Origin: Macrostomum hystrix
Taxonomy: Eukaryota > Animalia > Platyhelminthes
DNA length: 64,000 nt
Assembly: GCA_950097015.1 (NCBI GenBank)
Contig: CATNEN010000003.1
Location: 14,384,001 to 14,448,000 of the forward strand
Direction: 5' to 3'
Part shown: positions 1 to 12,600 of the stretch, piece by piece
Numbering within the stretch: the stretch's first letter is position 1
Layout: each line of letters begins with the position of its first letter
Notes under the pieces: model-generated
Database searches by the model: none
What the model saw: the letters and a program-made list of their open reading frames with translations, nothing else
What the model was told of the DNA's origin: nothing
Made by a program: the position numbers and the translations under genes

Positions 1-760
1 TATTGGTTCATTTAGTTTTAGGTTGACTCATTGATTCATTTGGTTTTAGGTTGACTCATTGATTCATTTGGTTTTAGGTTAACTCATTGATTCATTTAGT
101 TTTAGGTTGACTCATTGATTCATTTAGTTTTAGGTTGACTCATTGATTCATTTGGTTTTAGGTTGACTCATTGATTTATTTAGTTTTAGGTTGACTCATT
201 GATTCATTTAGTTTTAGGTTGACTCATTGATTCATTTAGTTTTAGGTTGACTCATTGATTCATTTAGTTTCAGGTTTACTTATTGGTTAATTTAGTTTTA
301 GGTTGACTCATTGATTCATTTAGTTTTAGGTTGACTCATTGGTTCGTTTAGTTTTAGGTTGACTCATTGATTCATTTGGTTTTAGGTTGACTCATTGATT
401 CATTCAGTTTTAGGTTGACTCATTGATTCATTTAGTTTCAGGTTGACTCATTGGTTCATTTAGTTTTAGGTTGACTCATTGATTCATTTGGTTTTAGGTT
501 GACTCATTGATTTATTTAGTTTTAGGTTGACTCATTGATTCATTTAGTTTTAGGTTGACTCATTGATTCATTTAGTTTTAGGTTGACTCATTGATTCATT
601 TAGTTTTAGGTTGACTCATTGATTCATTTAGTTTTAGGTTGACTCATTGATTCATTTGGTTTTAGGTTGACTCATTGATTCATTTGGTTTTAGGTTGACT
701 TATTGATTCGTTTAGTTTTAGGATGACTTATTGATGTATGTAGTTTTAGGTTTTACCATA
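1..760 (+). repeat. 28-bp intronic minisatellite (TTTAGTTTTAGGTTGACTCATTGATTCA)n, ~26 copies
   Basis: 28-nt periodicity read directly; the array degenerates into the acceptor GTTTTTAG at 771-778. Confidence 0.95.
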
Positions 761-778
761 GATGAATTTAGTTTTTAG

Positions 779-3599
779 GCGGCCACGTGAAGGTCAATCA
801 AACTTTGAAACATTCCCAAACTTTCAGACGTGTCCAATCTTGCGCATCCAAGGCCGCAACCCGGACAAGATCGCCACCCTCTGTGACGACATCAAACAGA
901 AGCCGTCGCAGCGCTATCGTGTCCAGGACATTCATCAGTTTTTACAATTGCGCGACTTCTTCTTCAACTTTCTGCCGCGCGAATTGAGCCAGCTGAATGT
1001 GAAAGCTCCCGAACAGCTAGTTGTAGACTTCGCCTCAGTTCTAGTTATCTATGGCGACTCGGATAGCTTTGAACGGGTAAATGCCCTGCTGCCTCAGTTG
1101 GCATTTACTAAATTGTGCCTCGGCCAGGATGCTTCAGCATCGTCGGATCCGGCTGGCTCGGATGATCCTGTTGAAGCCGCTAAGCGCCTGTGGGAGAGTC
1201 GGCTGACTCCGTGTCAGTGCAGTCCATTGAGCCTGTACGCTGTGCCCGGCAAATGGCAGTCTTATCCGTTGGTATCCGACACTCAGTGGGAGTTGAATCA
1301 GACTGGCACCATTATGTCTACCACTTTCAATGTCAAGGAGGTCAGGCAGCAGGCTAGGGCGGACTCTAATCAGTCGGCTAAAGATTCTACTATTGCTGTG
1401 CAGCAACCTGTCTCAACTGTGACTGCCTCCACGGTTGCCTACACTGTTAGTACGGCTGCTTTGGAACCGCTGGTGTTAGAACAGCCGCCTAGCATTCCAC
1501 CTCAGCAGCAGCAGCAGCAGCAGCACCATGTCACAGCCGAGCACTTTACTGGCTCGCCTATTATGACAGCCGCTGCTCCTACTTCGATTGCATCTCTGCA
1601 GGATGTGATGCCGCATCAGCAGCAGCAGCAATTGTCTATGGCCAACACTGGCGCTGTTCAGAGTCTCATGGAATCGAATCAGTATGCTCCATCAGTTGCG
1701 CCATCTTCAATGCTGCCAGCCGTGACGCATCCTGTTCAGCAGCAGCAGCAGATGCCGATCCAGTCCCAGTCTCAGATTCACCACCCTTCCCCACCACAGC
1801 CGCCTCAGCAGCAGCAGCAGCAGCAGTTGGGTGGTGCCGGCCCTAACAGAATGTACCCGAAGACAATGCCGCCACTGCCTCCGCAGTCTATGCAGCATCC
1901 GCCACCTCCGCTTCATCATAATAATCTTCAGCAACAGCAGCAGCAGCCACTGCCTCCTCAGCCTCCTCCGCAGGCCCTACCGCCGAATTCTTATTCTCAA
2001 AGCAGCGGTATCCATTCCACAATGCAACAACAGCAGCAGCAGCAGCAGCAGCCAATGCCGCACAGTTACATTGGCGGTCAATTAGGTCACAAGCGTCACG
2101 TGCCAGAGCGTCAGAATATTATGCCGCCCAGGTTTAACCGCAACGTATCGGGCGGCATGCCCCCGCACTACATGCAGCCCGGCATGGGACCAATGGAGTC
2201 TGATCAGGCGCTGCAGCAGCCGCTCAGTCAGCCGGCACTGACTGGCGCGCAGGCTCAGATGCAGCCTCACCCAATGCATCCTTTGCCTCATCAGCAGTCG
2301 GCTATGATGCATCATTCTCAGCAGCAGCAGCAGCAGCAATCTGTGATTAGCTCAACATCTAATAATGCTTCTTCTAGCAATGCTAGTTCAATGCAACAGT
2401 CGCAGCTGCCGCAGCAGCAGCAGCAACCGCCGCCAATTCACGGCCCACCGCAGGGTCGACATGTTCAGGGTGGCGGTCCGGCGCCGCCACCGCAGCTGCC
2501 GCCTTCGGCATCCGGCACCAGCGGGGGCTTCTCACGAGGCGGCGGCGGCGGAGGTCCGCCATCGCGTTCGGGCATCGGTCGCGGCGGCCGCGGCGGACCC
2601 TATCGTGGCCGCGGACGCGGCGGCAGTGGCGGAGATTACGGCGGCTACGGCGGGCATCAGCACCAGCAGCAGCAGCACTCAGCTCAGCCAGAGTTTCATC
2701 TAAAAGACAACGACTTTCCGGAGATTTCAGCCGACGCCTTGGTTAGTCCGACCTCGGTCCAGGCGCACTCATTGCATCATCCTTTGGCAATGCCGCATCA
2801 GCAGCTGCATTCAGCACAGCCGCAGGAGCAGCATTACCATCAGCAGCAACAGCAACATTCAGACACCCCGGCTATTCAACCGCAACTACAAGGAGGTCAC
2901 GGTCATATGACCAGTAGCAGCTTTGAAACGGTTGCATCTGGTAGCGGGACTATTACTAATGGTGGCGGTAACAATAGTGCAACGTTTGAACAGCAACAGC
3001 AGCAGCAGCAGCATCAACCGTTGTCTGCTCCTCTGCAGCCTCCGAGCGCTTCTGCTGGCTGTGTAGGCACGTCATATGCTGCGGCTTTGAAGAAATCAGT
3101 GCCTCAGCAGCAGCAGCAGCAGCAGCAGTCAGCAACAAATAAGCCAGCAATAAACACCGCCCCTATAACAGACATTCAATCACCAACGGCTGTCTATTCA
3201 GACGATGCGTCGACTTGTTCTCCTACGGGCGGTCCTGTTGCCAACAATCGTCGAGCTGTTGCTAGCGCTGTTGTCAAAGTCAATTCAGCAGGCACTGCCG
3301 AATCCGGCGATAGTAATTCGTCTGATCGCGAATCAGCCTGCGCTGGTGCGGCTCTTGTGGTAGGAAGTTTTAGTCACGAATATAACACTGCACAGCAACA
3401 GCAGCAGCAGCAGCAGCCGCATTATCGATCTAGTGGCTATCGCGGCGGCAAAGGATCTTCTTCTTCTTATCATCACTCCCAGCAGTCAGGCGGTGGATTT
3501 CCTCAGCAGCGAGGTCGCGGCGGCCGCGGCGGCTTCGGAAATCGCGGAGGTTTTGGCTCAGCCAGAAATGGCAATTCGTCAGCTCCAAACAATGCCTGA
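779..3599 (+). CDS. Terminal coding exon (~940 aa) of a Gln/Pro/His-rich, RGG-containing low-complexity protein; putative RNA-binding, possibly LARP4-like; upstream exons lie outside the window
   Basis: 2.8-kb open frame with in-frame polyQ. Acceptor ttttag|G at 778/779; the ORF-track ATG at 762 is intronic. Ordered ~150-aa N-terminal part, RGG clusters (~2540-2650, ~3510-3550), motifs EFHLKDNDFPEI and SYAAALKK. AT-rich 3' UTR follows TGA 3597-3599. Confidence 0.8.
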
Positions 3600-4211
3600 T
3601 TTCAAGACCAAGTTTTTTAATCGTTTTTGTTTTACTTCACCAAAAAAATTACAAAACTTTTGAAATTCATTTGTTCAAGTAAGGGAACAGTTGATTAATC
3701 TATGAAATCATGCTCTTGTTCCTTTTCTTTGTGTTTTTTTCTCCTTGTCAACAACACACTCTTGAAAATTGTGTTTTTTCCTTCAAGATAATTGTCATAA
3801 GTTTGTTGTCAATTGCTAGCAGAATTAAATATTGCGATGCCATTGTGTGTGTTTTTGTAATCTTTTTAAAGCATTCCCTTTTGTTATAATGTTCTTTTAA
3901 TAATTATTGTAAATAGTTTGTGCACAATTTGTCCCGAAACAAATCCTTTGATTAGAACGAAAAATCTAATTTTAGTTTCATTGTGTGTTTGTTTCTGTGT
4001 GCCTAGTTGTCAAATAATAGCTTGGTTTATAATTAGTTTTTCTTAGTTTAAAATAACAAAAGTCTGCATTATTTTATTGGCGACCTTTTCATCATTCATC
4101 TACTATCATCATAGCTTGTCTTTTTTTATTAAAATATTGTTTATTTTTTAGCAAAATAATGTTCCACATTTTTTGTAATCACCTTTCACTATTTTCTTGC
4201 ATTTATAATTA

Positions 4212-4462
4212 ATTGTACCATGACTACGTGGCTATCGGGCGGGCTGATATTCGATTATTGCCATAGACGATGTCATTTTGGCCCGAAAAGTTGGGCCGAT
4301 AATGGATTATTTTTGTGTATTTTAACGTATAGCCACATAGTCTATGGTACAATCACAGTATTACCCAGGCTTTCAGGGCGATAATGGGAAAGCCAGAGGG
4401 CGCCTTCGGCGCCTTCGGCGCCCTCTGGCTTTCCCATTATCGCCCTGAAAGCCTGGGTAATA
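4212..4462. mobile_element. Small non-autonomous element: ~24-bp inverted repeats followed by a perfect 46-bp-stem palindrome
   Basis: ATTGTACCATGACTACGTGGCTAT (4212-4235) pairs with ATAGCCACATAGTCTATGGTACAAT (4329-4353); arms 4359-4404 and 4417-4462 are perfect reverse complements. Confidence 0.6.
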
Positions 4463-6952
4463 ATATACTATTAGCTTCTGCAAAAAACTGAGTTGTCTAT
4501 GGTCAAAGCGGCTTGTTTCACCGGCGAGTAGTACTTTAAGTAGTGTCTATTCATTTTTTCTTAAAATATATTTTATGTACTAATGACGCACTGATATATT
4601 TTACTAAAATTTTATTTTGTTCTATTATGTAGCTTTTCAGTGATAAGTCGTGTGAATTTTTTTTAGAAGTCAGCAACAAGTTAATAAGTCTGCAACTGTT
4701 TTGTCTGCATTTTCTGCTTTTAATAGCTTTGAAAGTTTTTTTGTTTATATATTCATCTGCTAAAACTAGTTGTTGAACAGAAGCAAAGCAGTTCTTGTTT
4801 GTTCCTTTAAAAAAATTGACAAACAATTGCTTAAGCTTGCTGTTCAGCTATTAAATGACAATAATTTATGCTTATGTTCCTGCTTCAATAGTTTTTCACT
4901 ATTGCACCTAAGATGATTAATTTCTAGTTTTTTTTCTCTTAATAGTACATTGTTTAGTACGTAATTTGAGATGCACCCAAAAGTACATTTTATGTTTCTT
5001 TTGTCAAAAAATTACTTGTTCGATTAACAGTAGGACTACCAAGCCATTTTGCCGCCCGTTTTTTTACCCGACAATTTTTTTGGCAGCGCCCGAATGCTAA
5101 AAGAGTTGGGTGGTGACTGATTGTTTGACAGACTAGGCGATGGTGTCCTGTGGTTGAGCTGCGCCTAATATTTAGGCTTAAGCAGTGAAATATGAGAAAT
5201 TTGCGTCAGGGTGTCCATAGTAGCTTAGTTCCACCTGTTGTAGCCCTTGAAGGTCCAGCTAATCCGTCTAGGTAAAGGTAGGTGACCACCGAAGATGGAG
5301 ATGATGCAGGCACACTCGGGTGACATACTGATCTGTATAGGGGTGTATGAAATACACTAGCTCTTATGGGAAAAATCGGACCTTCGGCCAGAAAAATTGA
5401 ATATCTCGACGGTCTGAAGAGCTGGCGACTTGATTCTTGTTTCAGAAGATGCGCAACAAAAATTTGGCCCGTGTTCTTGAGAGTTTCGTGTGCTTGTATT
5501 GTTCCGTTCGGGTGCAGCAAAAAAATTCTCTGGGGGGTGGGGGAATTCCCCCCCCTCTTGGTAGTTCTACTGATTATGTCTTAAAAACGTGTGCTCATTA
5601 TGCTGTTATTACACAGACAACAAATACTTTCAATTGGTCTTGAAACTTCGCTTTGTGTGTTTTTTTTCATTGAAAAGCTATCTGGGTAAAATTGCTTATT
5701 TTTGTCTTCCAAAAAAACTATTCGTGTCGGTTATAAAACAATGTCCATCTGTTATAGATTAGCTTAACAAAAACAAAAGACTTTTCTGACATGATTTTGT
5801 ATATTCTGTAAAATTGCTTTATATTTAGTCTCATTGCTTGTAGTTTCGTTGTTTTTTTTGCTTAAACTCTGACTAGAAAGAATGCTTTATAGTAAACTTG
5901 CTCTATTCCGAAACTCCTTCTGTTGCTTGATTCTATACATATTATTTAGTAACACTGTATTGTTGCTTATTTTGTCTGTTGAATTTTGAAACCCGTTTGC
6001 ACAGTAAAATACTGGTGTATATTATTTAAACTGACATCTAAACATACTGACATACTCTGTGTAACTTTTAATTACTGTTTAAATTACAAAAAAACTTGAT
6101 CAATAATTACCTATCTGAATTTCATTTTCTCCACGTGTTTCTTCTCTAATGGTTTCTGCAATTTGTTTGTCTTCTCTATGGTGCCTTTGCTTCCGTCTAA
6201 ATTAATTTCCCCTTTTTTATGAGCGCAATTTACTACTTACTAGTAGAAATGTTAAATATCTCGCACAATCCGTCGCTATCAAATTGCTTTGTTTGTTTGT
6301 ACTTTTTATTTTAGATGTTACTAATACTATATTAATTATCGGATTCTTTAATTTTACAAATAGAAAAACATAATAAACACATATTGCCTACACGCGTAAA
6401 AAAATATTACACGCTCACTATTATATATACTTATTCTATAGTAGTAGTAAATAGTTACTTATGACCTTCTATGTCCAATATATGTATCTATATTTAGTTT
6501 TTTCAACTGTTCGTATGTTTTAATCAATTATTCATACCATTAATAGCTTACTAATTATGCTACTGAAAGTAGATAAGACGCATTTTCGTGTCTAACTTTC
6601 TGTCTAATGATTGTATAATTTTAACTAATTCGTTTGTAATAGATTCTTCTGTAGGCTTATATTATCCAGACAGAAAGTTTTGTTCCCTTTTTTCTTTATA
6701 TTTTTTCAAGTTGTTTCTGTCGGTGTTTCTTTCCTATTCTTCTCCTTGCTTCTTTTAGTTTGCCTGTCACAAACAAAGTTTTTTAATTCAAATTCTGCTT
6801 TGAAAAAAATGTAGTTTTTTATTTGGCATTGTCTGTCTGTTGTCAGCCAGCGAAAATAAGATTTTTGTTGTGGCAACATTTTCAAAAGCTCTCGGTGTTT
6901 ATTTTTTCGTTTCTTTAATTTGCAATTTTTTTCTGTGAACTGTAGTTTGTAA

Positions 6953-9135
6953 TAGAAGCAAAACTCACTACTGGTCTGTAGACGATGCTTAGTAGTGTAG
7001 TTGTGTTTCTTGTAGTCTTTTTTATAAGCAGACTTGAAATGTTAAAGTTCTAGATTTATATCCAGACATAATTATTATTTCACTTTATTTTGCCAACCAA
7101 TATTTTGCCCAGTTTTACTTCTCTACTCCCAGCCTAATATACTACTGGCGTTGGTGTTCTTAGTAGTATCAGTGTAGCACAAGTATGTTCTTCTAAGCTG
7201 CAAACAATTCAACAGAGCTAAATGACCGTTTTTTGGTAGTTTTCAATCTGCTAGAGCAGGATAGTGTTTTTTATAAGTATCTACCTAACTTTATCTATTA
7301 TATCGATAAGCTAAATTCTTAACCGTTTATATAGTGTAGAAAATTGTGCGACTCTGTGCTTTCTATCTTTGTGAAGAAGTAAAAATTCAGTTAAAAAGTT
7401 CTACCAGAATAAACATAATTAAATATAAGTGCAAGTGTTGTAACAGAAGAAAGAATAAGCAGTGCCGTTTGAAATCCAGTTGAAAGTTTAAAGTTAGTTT
7501 TAGAACGATAGAAAACCATTTTGCGATATTTTCTTTGAGTCCGTTTATTTCTTCATTTTTTGTCACTTAAAAAAATTCGACGATATGTTGACCATTCTAC
7601 TTGTTAGGATACTTGTCAGTAGCAATAACAGAACATGCAGATTATTTTAACTTCCAGTAGATTATTGTAAGCGTAGAACAGGGGTCGGCAAACTCCGACC
7701 CGCGGGCCAGATGCGGTCCTCAAAGCTCCCAAATCCGGCCCGTTCCCCTTTCCGACACCTACAGCATCCTGTTTTATCTTTCCCCTGTGTGTCACCTCTC
7801 CGGTGTGTCATCTCTACCGGGTATCATCTCTCCCGTGTCTCATCTTATCCCATGTCTCCATCTCTCCCATGTCTCCATCTCTCCCGTGTCTCATCTCTAC
7901 CGGGTATCATCTCTCCCGTGTCTCATCTTATCCCATGTCTCCATCTCTCCCGTGTCTCATCTCTCCCGTGTCTCATCTCTCCCGTGTCTCATCTCTCCCG
8001 TGTCTCATCTCTCCCGTGTCTCATCTCTCCCGTGTCTCCATCTCTCCTGTGTCCCATCTCTCCCTATCTCTGATATATTTCTCTTATATTTCTACAGTCA
8101 ATGCGGCCCGCTGTCGTCTTTTAGGTTCTATACCTTTTCTTTTAGGTTAGAAGCAAAACTCACTACTGGTCTGTAGACGATGCTTAGTAGTGTAGTTGTG
8201 TTTCTTGTAGTCTTTTTTATAAGCAGACTTGAAATGTTAAAGTTCTAGATTTATATCCAGACATAATTATTATTTCACTTTATTTTGCCAACCAATATTT
8301 TGCCCAGTTTTACTTCTCTACTCCCAGCCTAATATACTACTGGCGTTGGTGTTCTTAGTAGTATTAGTGTAGCACAAGTATGTTATTCTAAGCTGCAAAC
8401 AATTCAAAGAGCTAAATGACCGTTTTTGGTAGTTATCAATCTGCTAGAGCAGGATAGTGTTTTTTATAAGTATCTGCCTAACTTTATCTATTATATCGAT
8501 AAGCTAAATTCTTAACCGTTTATATAGTGTAGAATATTGTGCGACTCTGTGCTTTCTATCTTTGTGAAGAAGTAAAAATTCAGTTAAAAAGTTCTACCAG
8601 AATAAACATAATTAAATATAAGTGCAAGTGTTGTAACAGAAGAAAGAATAAGCAGTGCCGTTTGAAATCCAGTTTAAAGTTAGTTTTAGAACGATAGAAG
8701 AAAACCATTTTGCGATATTTTCTTTGAGTCCGTTTATTTCTTCATTTTTTGTCACTTAAAAAAATTCGACGATATGTTGACCATTCTACTTGTTAGGATA
8801 CTTGTCAGTAGCAATAACAGAACATGCAGATTATTTTAAACTTCCAGTAGATTATTGTAAGCGTAGAACAGCGGCAAACTCTGACCCGCGGGCCAGATGC
8901 GGCCCTCAAAGCTCCCAAATCCGGCCCGTTCCCCTTTCCGACACCTACAGTATCCTGTTTTATCTTTCCCCTGTGTGTCACCTCTCCGGTGTGTCATCTC
9001 TACCGGGTATCATCTCTCCCGTGTCTCATCTTATCCCATGTCTCCATCTCTCCTGTGTCCCATCTCTCCCTATCTCTGATATATTTCTCTTATATTTCTA
9101 CAGTCAATGCGGCCCGCTGTCGTCTTTTAGGTTCT
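6953..9135. repeat. Tandem segmental duplication, copy 1 ~6953-8130, copy 2 ~8148-9135 (offset 1195 bp)
   Basis: TAGAAGCAAAACTCACTACTGG at 6953 and 8148, followed by near-identical sequence including a MITE. Confidence 0.95.
7679..8130. mobile_element. hAT (Buster/Charlie-type) MITE, copy 1; intact left TIR, right end lost; expanded internal 16-bp minisatellite
   Basis: Left TIR CAGGGGTCGGCAAAC at 7679 preceded by GCGTAGAA; internal (TCTCATCTCTCCCGTG)n ~7790-8070. Confidence 0.8.
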
Positions 9136-9171
9136 CTTCTGGCCCGCTAGCTGATAAGTTTGCCGACCCTG
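8869..9171. mobile_element. hAT MITE, copy 2, with 8-bp TSD GCGTAGAA
   Basis: Left end CAGCGGCAAAC (4-nt deletion in the TIR); right TIR GTTTGCCGACCCTG 9158-9171; TSD at 8861-8868 and 9172-9179 with central TA, typical of Buster-type hATs. Confidence 0.85.
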
Positions 9172-9651
9172 GCGTAGAAGATATTATTCGCGCTGTTGAT
9201 TGGTTTGAATTAAAGCAGCTCTTTATTTAAAAAATTCGAAATTGTTTCTGGGTGTCTCGAAATACTGACTTCATTAACTGTCTAAGGGCTTCACGCAAGA
9301 GAACATTTTTATGAGCGTTGCCATAGCAACTAGCCTTCAGGAGACCACGCAGTGTCTGCCACTGTGGTGCCTTCGCTGCTGCTGCTGCAATTGCACCTGA
9401 TGCTGATACTGCCTGGATCGGAACCTAGCTCTAAGCGAGCTTTGTCCGCCGTTGCCGCTGCTGCTGCTGCTGCTGTTGCCGCCGCCACCGGCGATTAATA
9501 CAGGTCCAACTCCGACTAAAAGTACACCGCCGATGGAGGCGGACAATGAGCCGCCGACAGGTGCTGCTTTCCTGTGTTTCTGGTGCTTTTTCTGCTTCGG
9601 CTGCTGCTGCTGCTGAGTTTCCCCGATGTTCTCTTGCGCTTGCCCGCACCG

Positions 9652-12600
9652 TCAGCTGACTGCGGAGGAGTCGGCTGCCGATATGTTCTGGCCTGCTGGG
9701 TCCTGCGGCTCGCTGCCTGGTGTGTCTGTTGATTAATAAGGTACCTAGATGTCTCACTTCATTCCCACTCATTTCCTTTACCGTCCACCCCAATAGTCTC
9801 TCGCATTTTTCATCCCAAAAAATGTTTTCTCTTAATCCTCCATCCATTAAATCTCTTACCTTCTTAATCCTACATCCCCTTAATCTCTCGCTTCTTAATC
9901 CTACATCCCATTAATCCCTTGCCTTCTTAATCCTCCATCCCGTTAATCCCTCGCCTTCTTAATCCTACATCCCATTAATCCCTCGCCTTCCTAATCCTAC
10001 ACCCCCTTAATCCCTCGCCATCCTAATCCTACACCCCGTTAATCCCTCGCCTTCTTAATCCTCCATCCCGTTAATCCCTCGCTTTCCTAATCCTACACCC
10101 CGTTAATCCCTCGCCTTCTTAATCCTCCATCCCGTTAATCCCTCGCCTTCTGAATCCTCCATCCCCTTAATCCCTCGCCTTCTTAATCCTTCACCCCGTT
10201 AATCCCTTAACTTCTTAATCCTACACCTCCTTAATCCACATCCTTCCTAATCCGACATCCTCTCCCATTTGATCTTTTCCCCGTAATCCCTCTCCCTCCT
10301 GTTCCCGAATTATTAGATAACTCACCCAGAACAATGCTACCGATCTCGTCCATAATCTGTGGCGTAAGTCTGCCGGCCACTAGGACAGCCAGGATGTCCT
10401 CGTACAGCTGAGAGGCACAGCTGGCTCCTAGAAGTACGCAGTGAACGCTGCGATTGCGCAGGCACCAAGCAATGGCCAGCTGTGCCAGGCTGCAGTTCAA
10501 CTGCTCAGCCAGCGGACTCAGCCGACGAAGTGTCGCCTGTTGATGGCGTCCCTCTTCGCTGAGAATTTTCTCCCTTAGTCTGCTGTAGCTGAGCAGTTTC
10601 ATGATGGGTTGTTTGGGTAAATCGATTTTAGCTAATTTTAGATTGCTTTAGCGATCGATATTGATTCTTTTTAGCTCCCTTATGGGTCGATATTGATTCT
10701 TTTAGCTGGTTTTATCGATCGATATTAATTATTTTAGCTGGGTTTATCGATCGATATTGATTCTTAAATTTGGCTTTATCGATCGATATTAATTCTATTT
10801 GTTGGCTTTATCAATCGATATCGACTCTTTTAGTAAGCCTTATCGATCGATATTGATTTTATTGTTTCGGTTCCTCGATCGATATTAATTATTTAATTTG
10901 GGTTTATCGATCGATATAGATTCTTTCAGTTGGGTTTATCGATCGATATTAATTCTATTAGTTGGGTTCTTCGATCGATGTTGACTCTGTTAGTTAGCTT
11001 TATCGATCGATATTGATTTTTTTATTTAAGTTTATCGATCGATATTAATTCTTTAATTTGGGTTTATATTTACTGTTTTTGTTGATCGATAATTCTTTTT
11101 GCAAATTTATTTCGATCAATATGCCTTTAAGGATAGTATTTTTAATGAAATCCTTATTGATCGAAACTAAATATTGTACCGAACAGCCGCGCTCACTACT
11201 TACCCCTTCAGCGAAGCCCTGGATCCTGTCGGCACGCCGTCGTCGTATTTTCCAGACAGAATGCCCCCAGCCAGCGGGCTCCAGGTCAGCAGGCCAATAC
11301 CGAGCCGTCTCTGCAGGTCGATCTGCTGATCGCCCAGTTTGTCCCTCTGGAACAGGCTGTACTCCACCTGCTCCGCTGACGGTGGAATCAGATTGAACTG
11401 CCGAGCAACCGAGTGCGCCTCCATGACCTCTGTTGGGGACCATCTGGTTGGGGAGATCGACTTCGATTATTCCCCTTCTCTTCCTCTACTCACTTCTTAA
11501 CCTATCAACCTTTCGATTGGATTGTCTTTCTTTGATCTAATTTTTTGTCTTAGCTTCAAATTTTAAAATCCCAAATCCAAAATCCCAATCGCATTCCTCA
11601 CCTCGAAGTTCCCCAATAGAACGCCCAGCCCTGATTGATGCAGAACGTGAAAGCCCGCACAATCTCCTCCATCGTTGTGTTGGGATCTGGCCGGTTGGCG
11701 AACACCAAATCCACATAGGACACTCGGAGTCTTTGCAGCGAAGCTAGTAATCCTTCAACAATGCGCTTCCTAGACAAGCCGCATTCCGTAGCCGCCTCGC
11801 CGCCCCAGCAGATTTTGGTGCTGATGATGTAGGACGATCTGCGCCAAGTCTTGCGCTGCAACAGCCGGCCAAGGAGGTCCTCGGCTAGACCGGAGGCGTA
11901 CGCTTCAGCCGTGTCAAACAAATTTATGCCGCACGCATAGGCTAGGGTCAGCAGATCGTCAGCTACGGAGTCTGTTCGTCAGTTTGTAGGGACTAGCTAT
12001 AGCGTGACGCTATCAAATGCTATGTTTAAGCTACCATGCTCCCAAATCCCCAAATTTAAGGTACCATGTTCCCCAATCCCCAAATTTAGCTACCATGTTC
12101 CCCAATCCCCAAATTTAGCTACCATGTTCCCAAATCCCCAAATTTAAGGTACCATGTTCCCCAATCCCCAAATTTAGCTACCATGTTCCCCAATCCCCAA
12201 ATTTAGCTACCATGTTCCCAAATCCCCAAATTTAAGGTACCATGTTCCCAAATCCCCAAATTTAAGGTACCATGTTCCTAAATCCCCAAATTTAGCTACC
12301 ATGTTCCCAAATCCCCAAATTTAGCTACCATGTTCCCAAATCCCCAAATTTAAGGTACCATGTTCCCAAATCCCCAAATTTAACGTACCATGTTCCCAAA
12401 TCCCCAAATTTAGCTACCATATTGCCCAATTCCCAAATTTAAGGTACCATGTTCCCAAATCCCCAAATTTAAGCTACCATGTTTCCAAATTAGATAGTTC
12501 TGTAAACTGAAGCACTGAGGAATACATTTTCTACTTGTATCCCTTAGCTGAAATTCGAACTAATGACCTCTTAGTGGGAACTCCAATGCTACAAGTTTTT

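Noticed and set aside
1-760. Telomeric repeat (TTAGG-containing)
   Set aside because: TTAGG occurs once per 28-bp unit inside an intron, not as a pure telomeric tract
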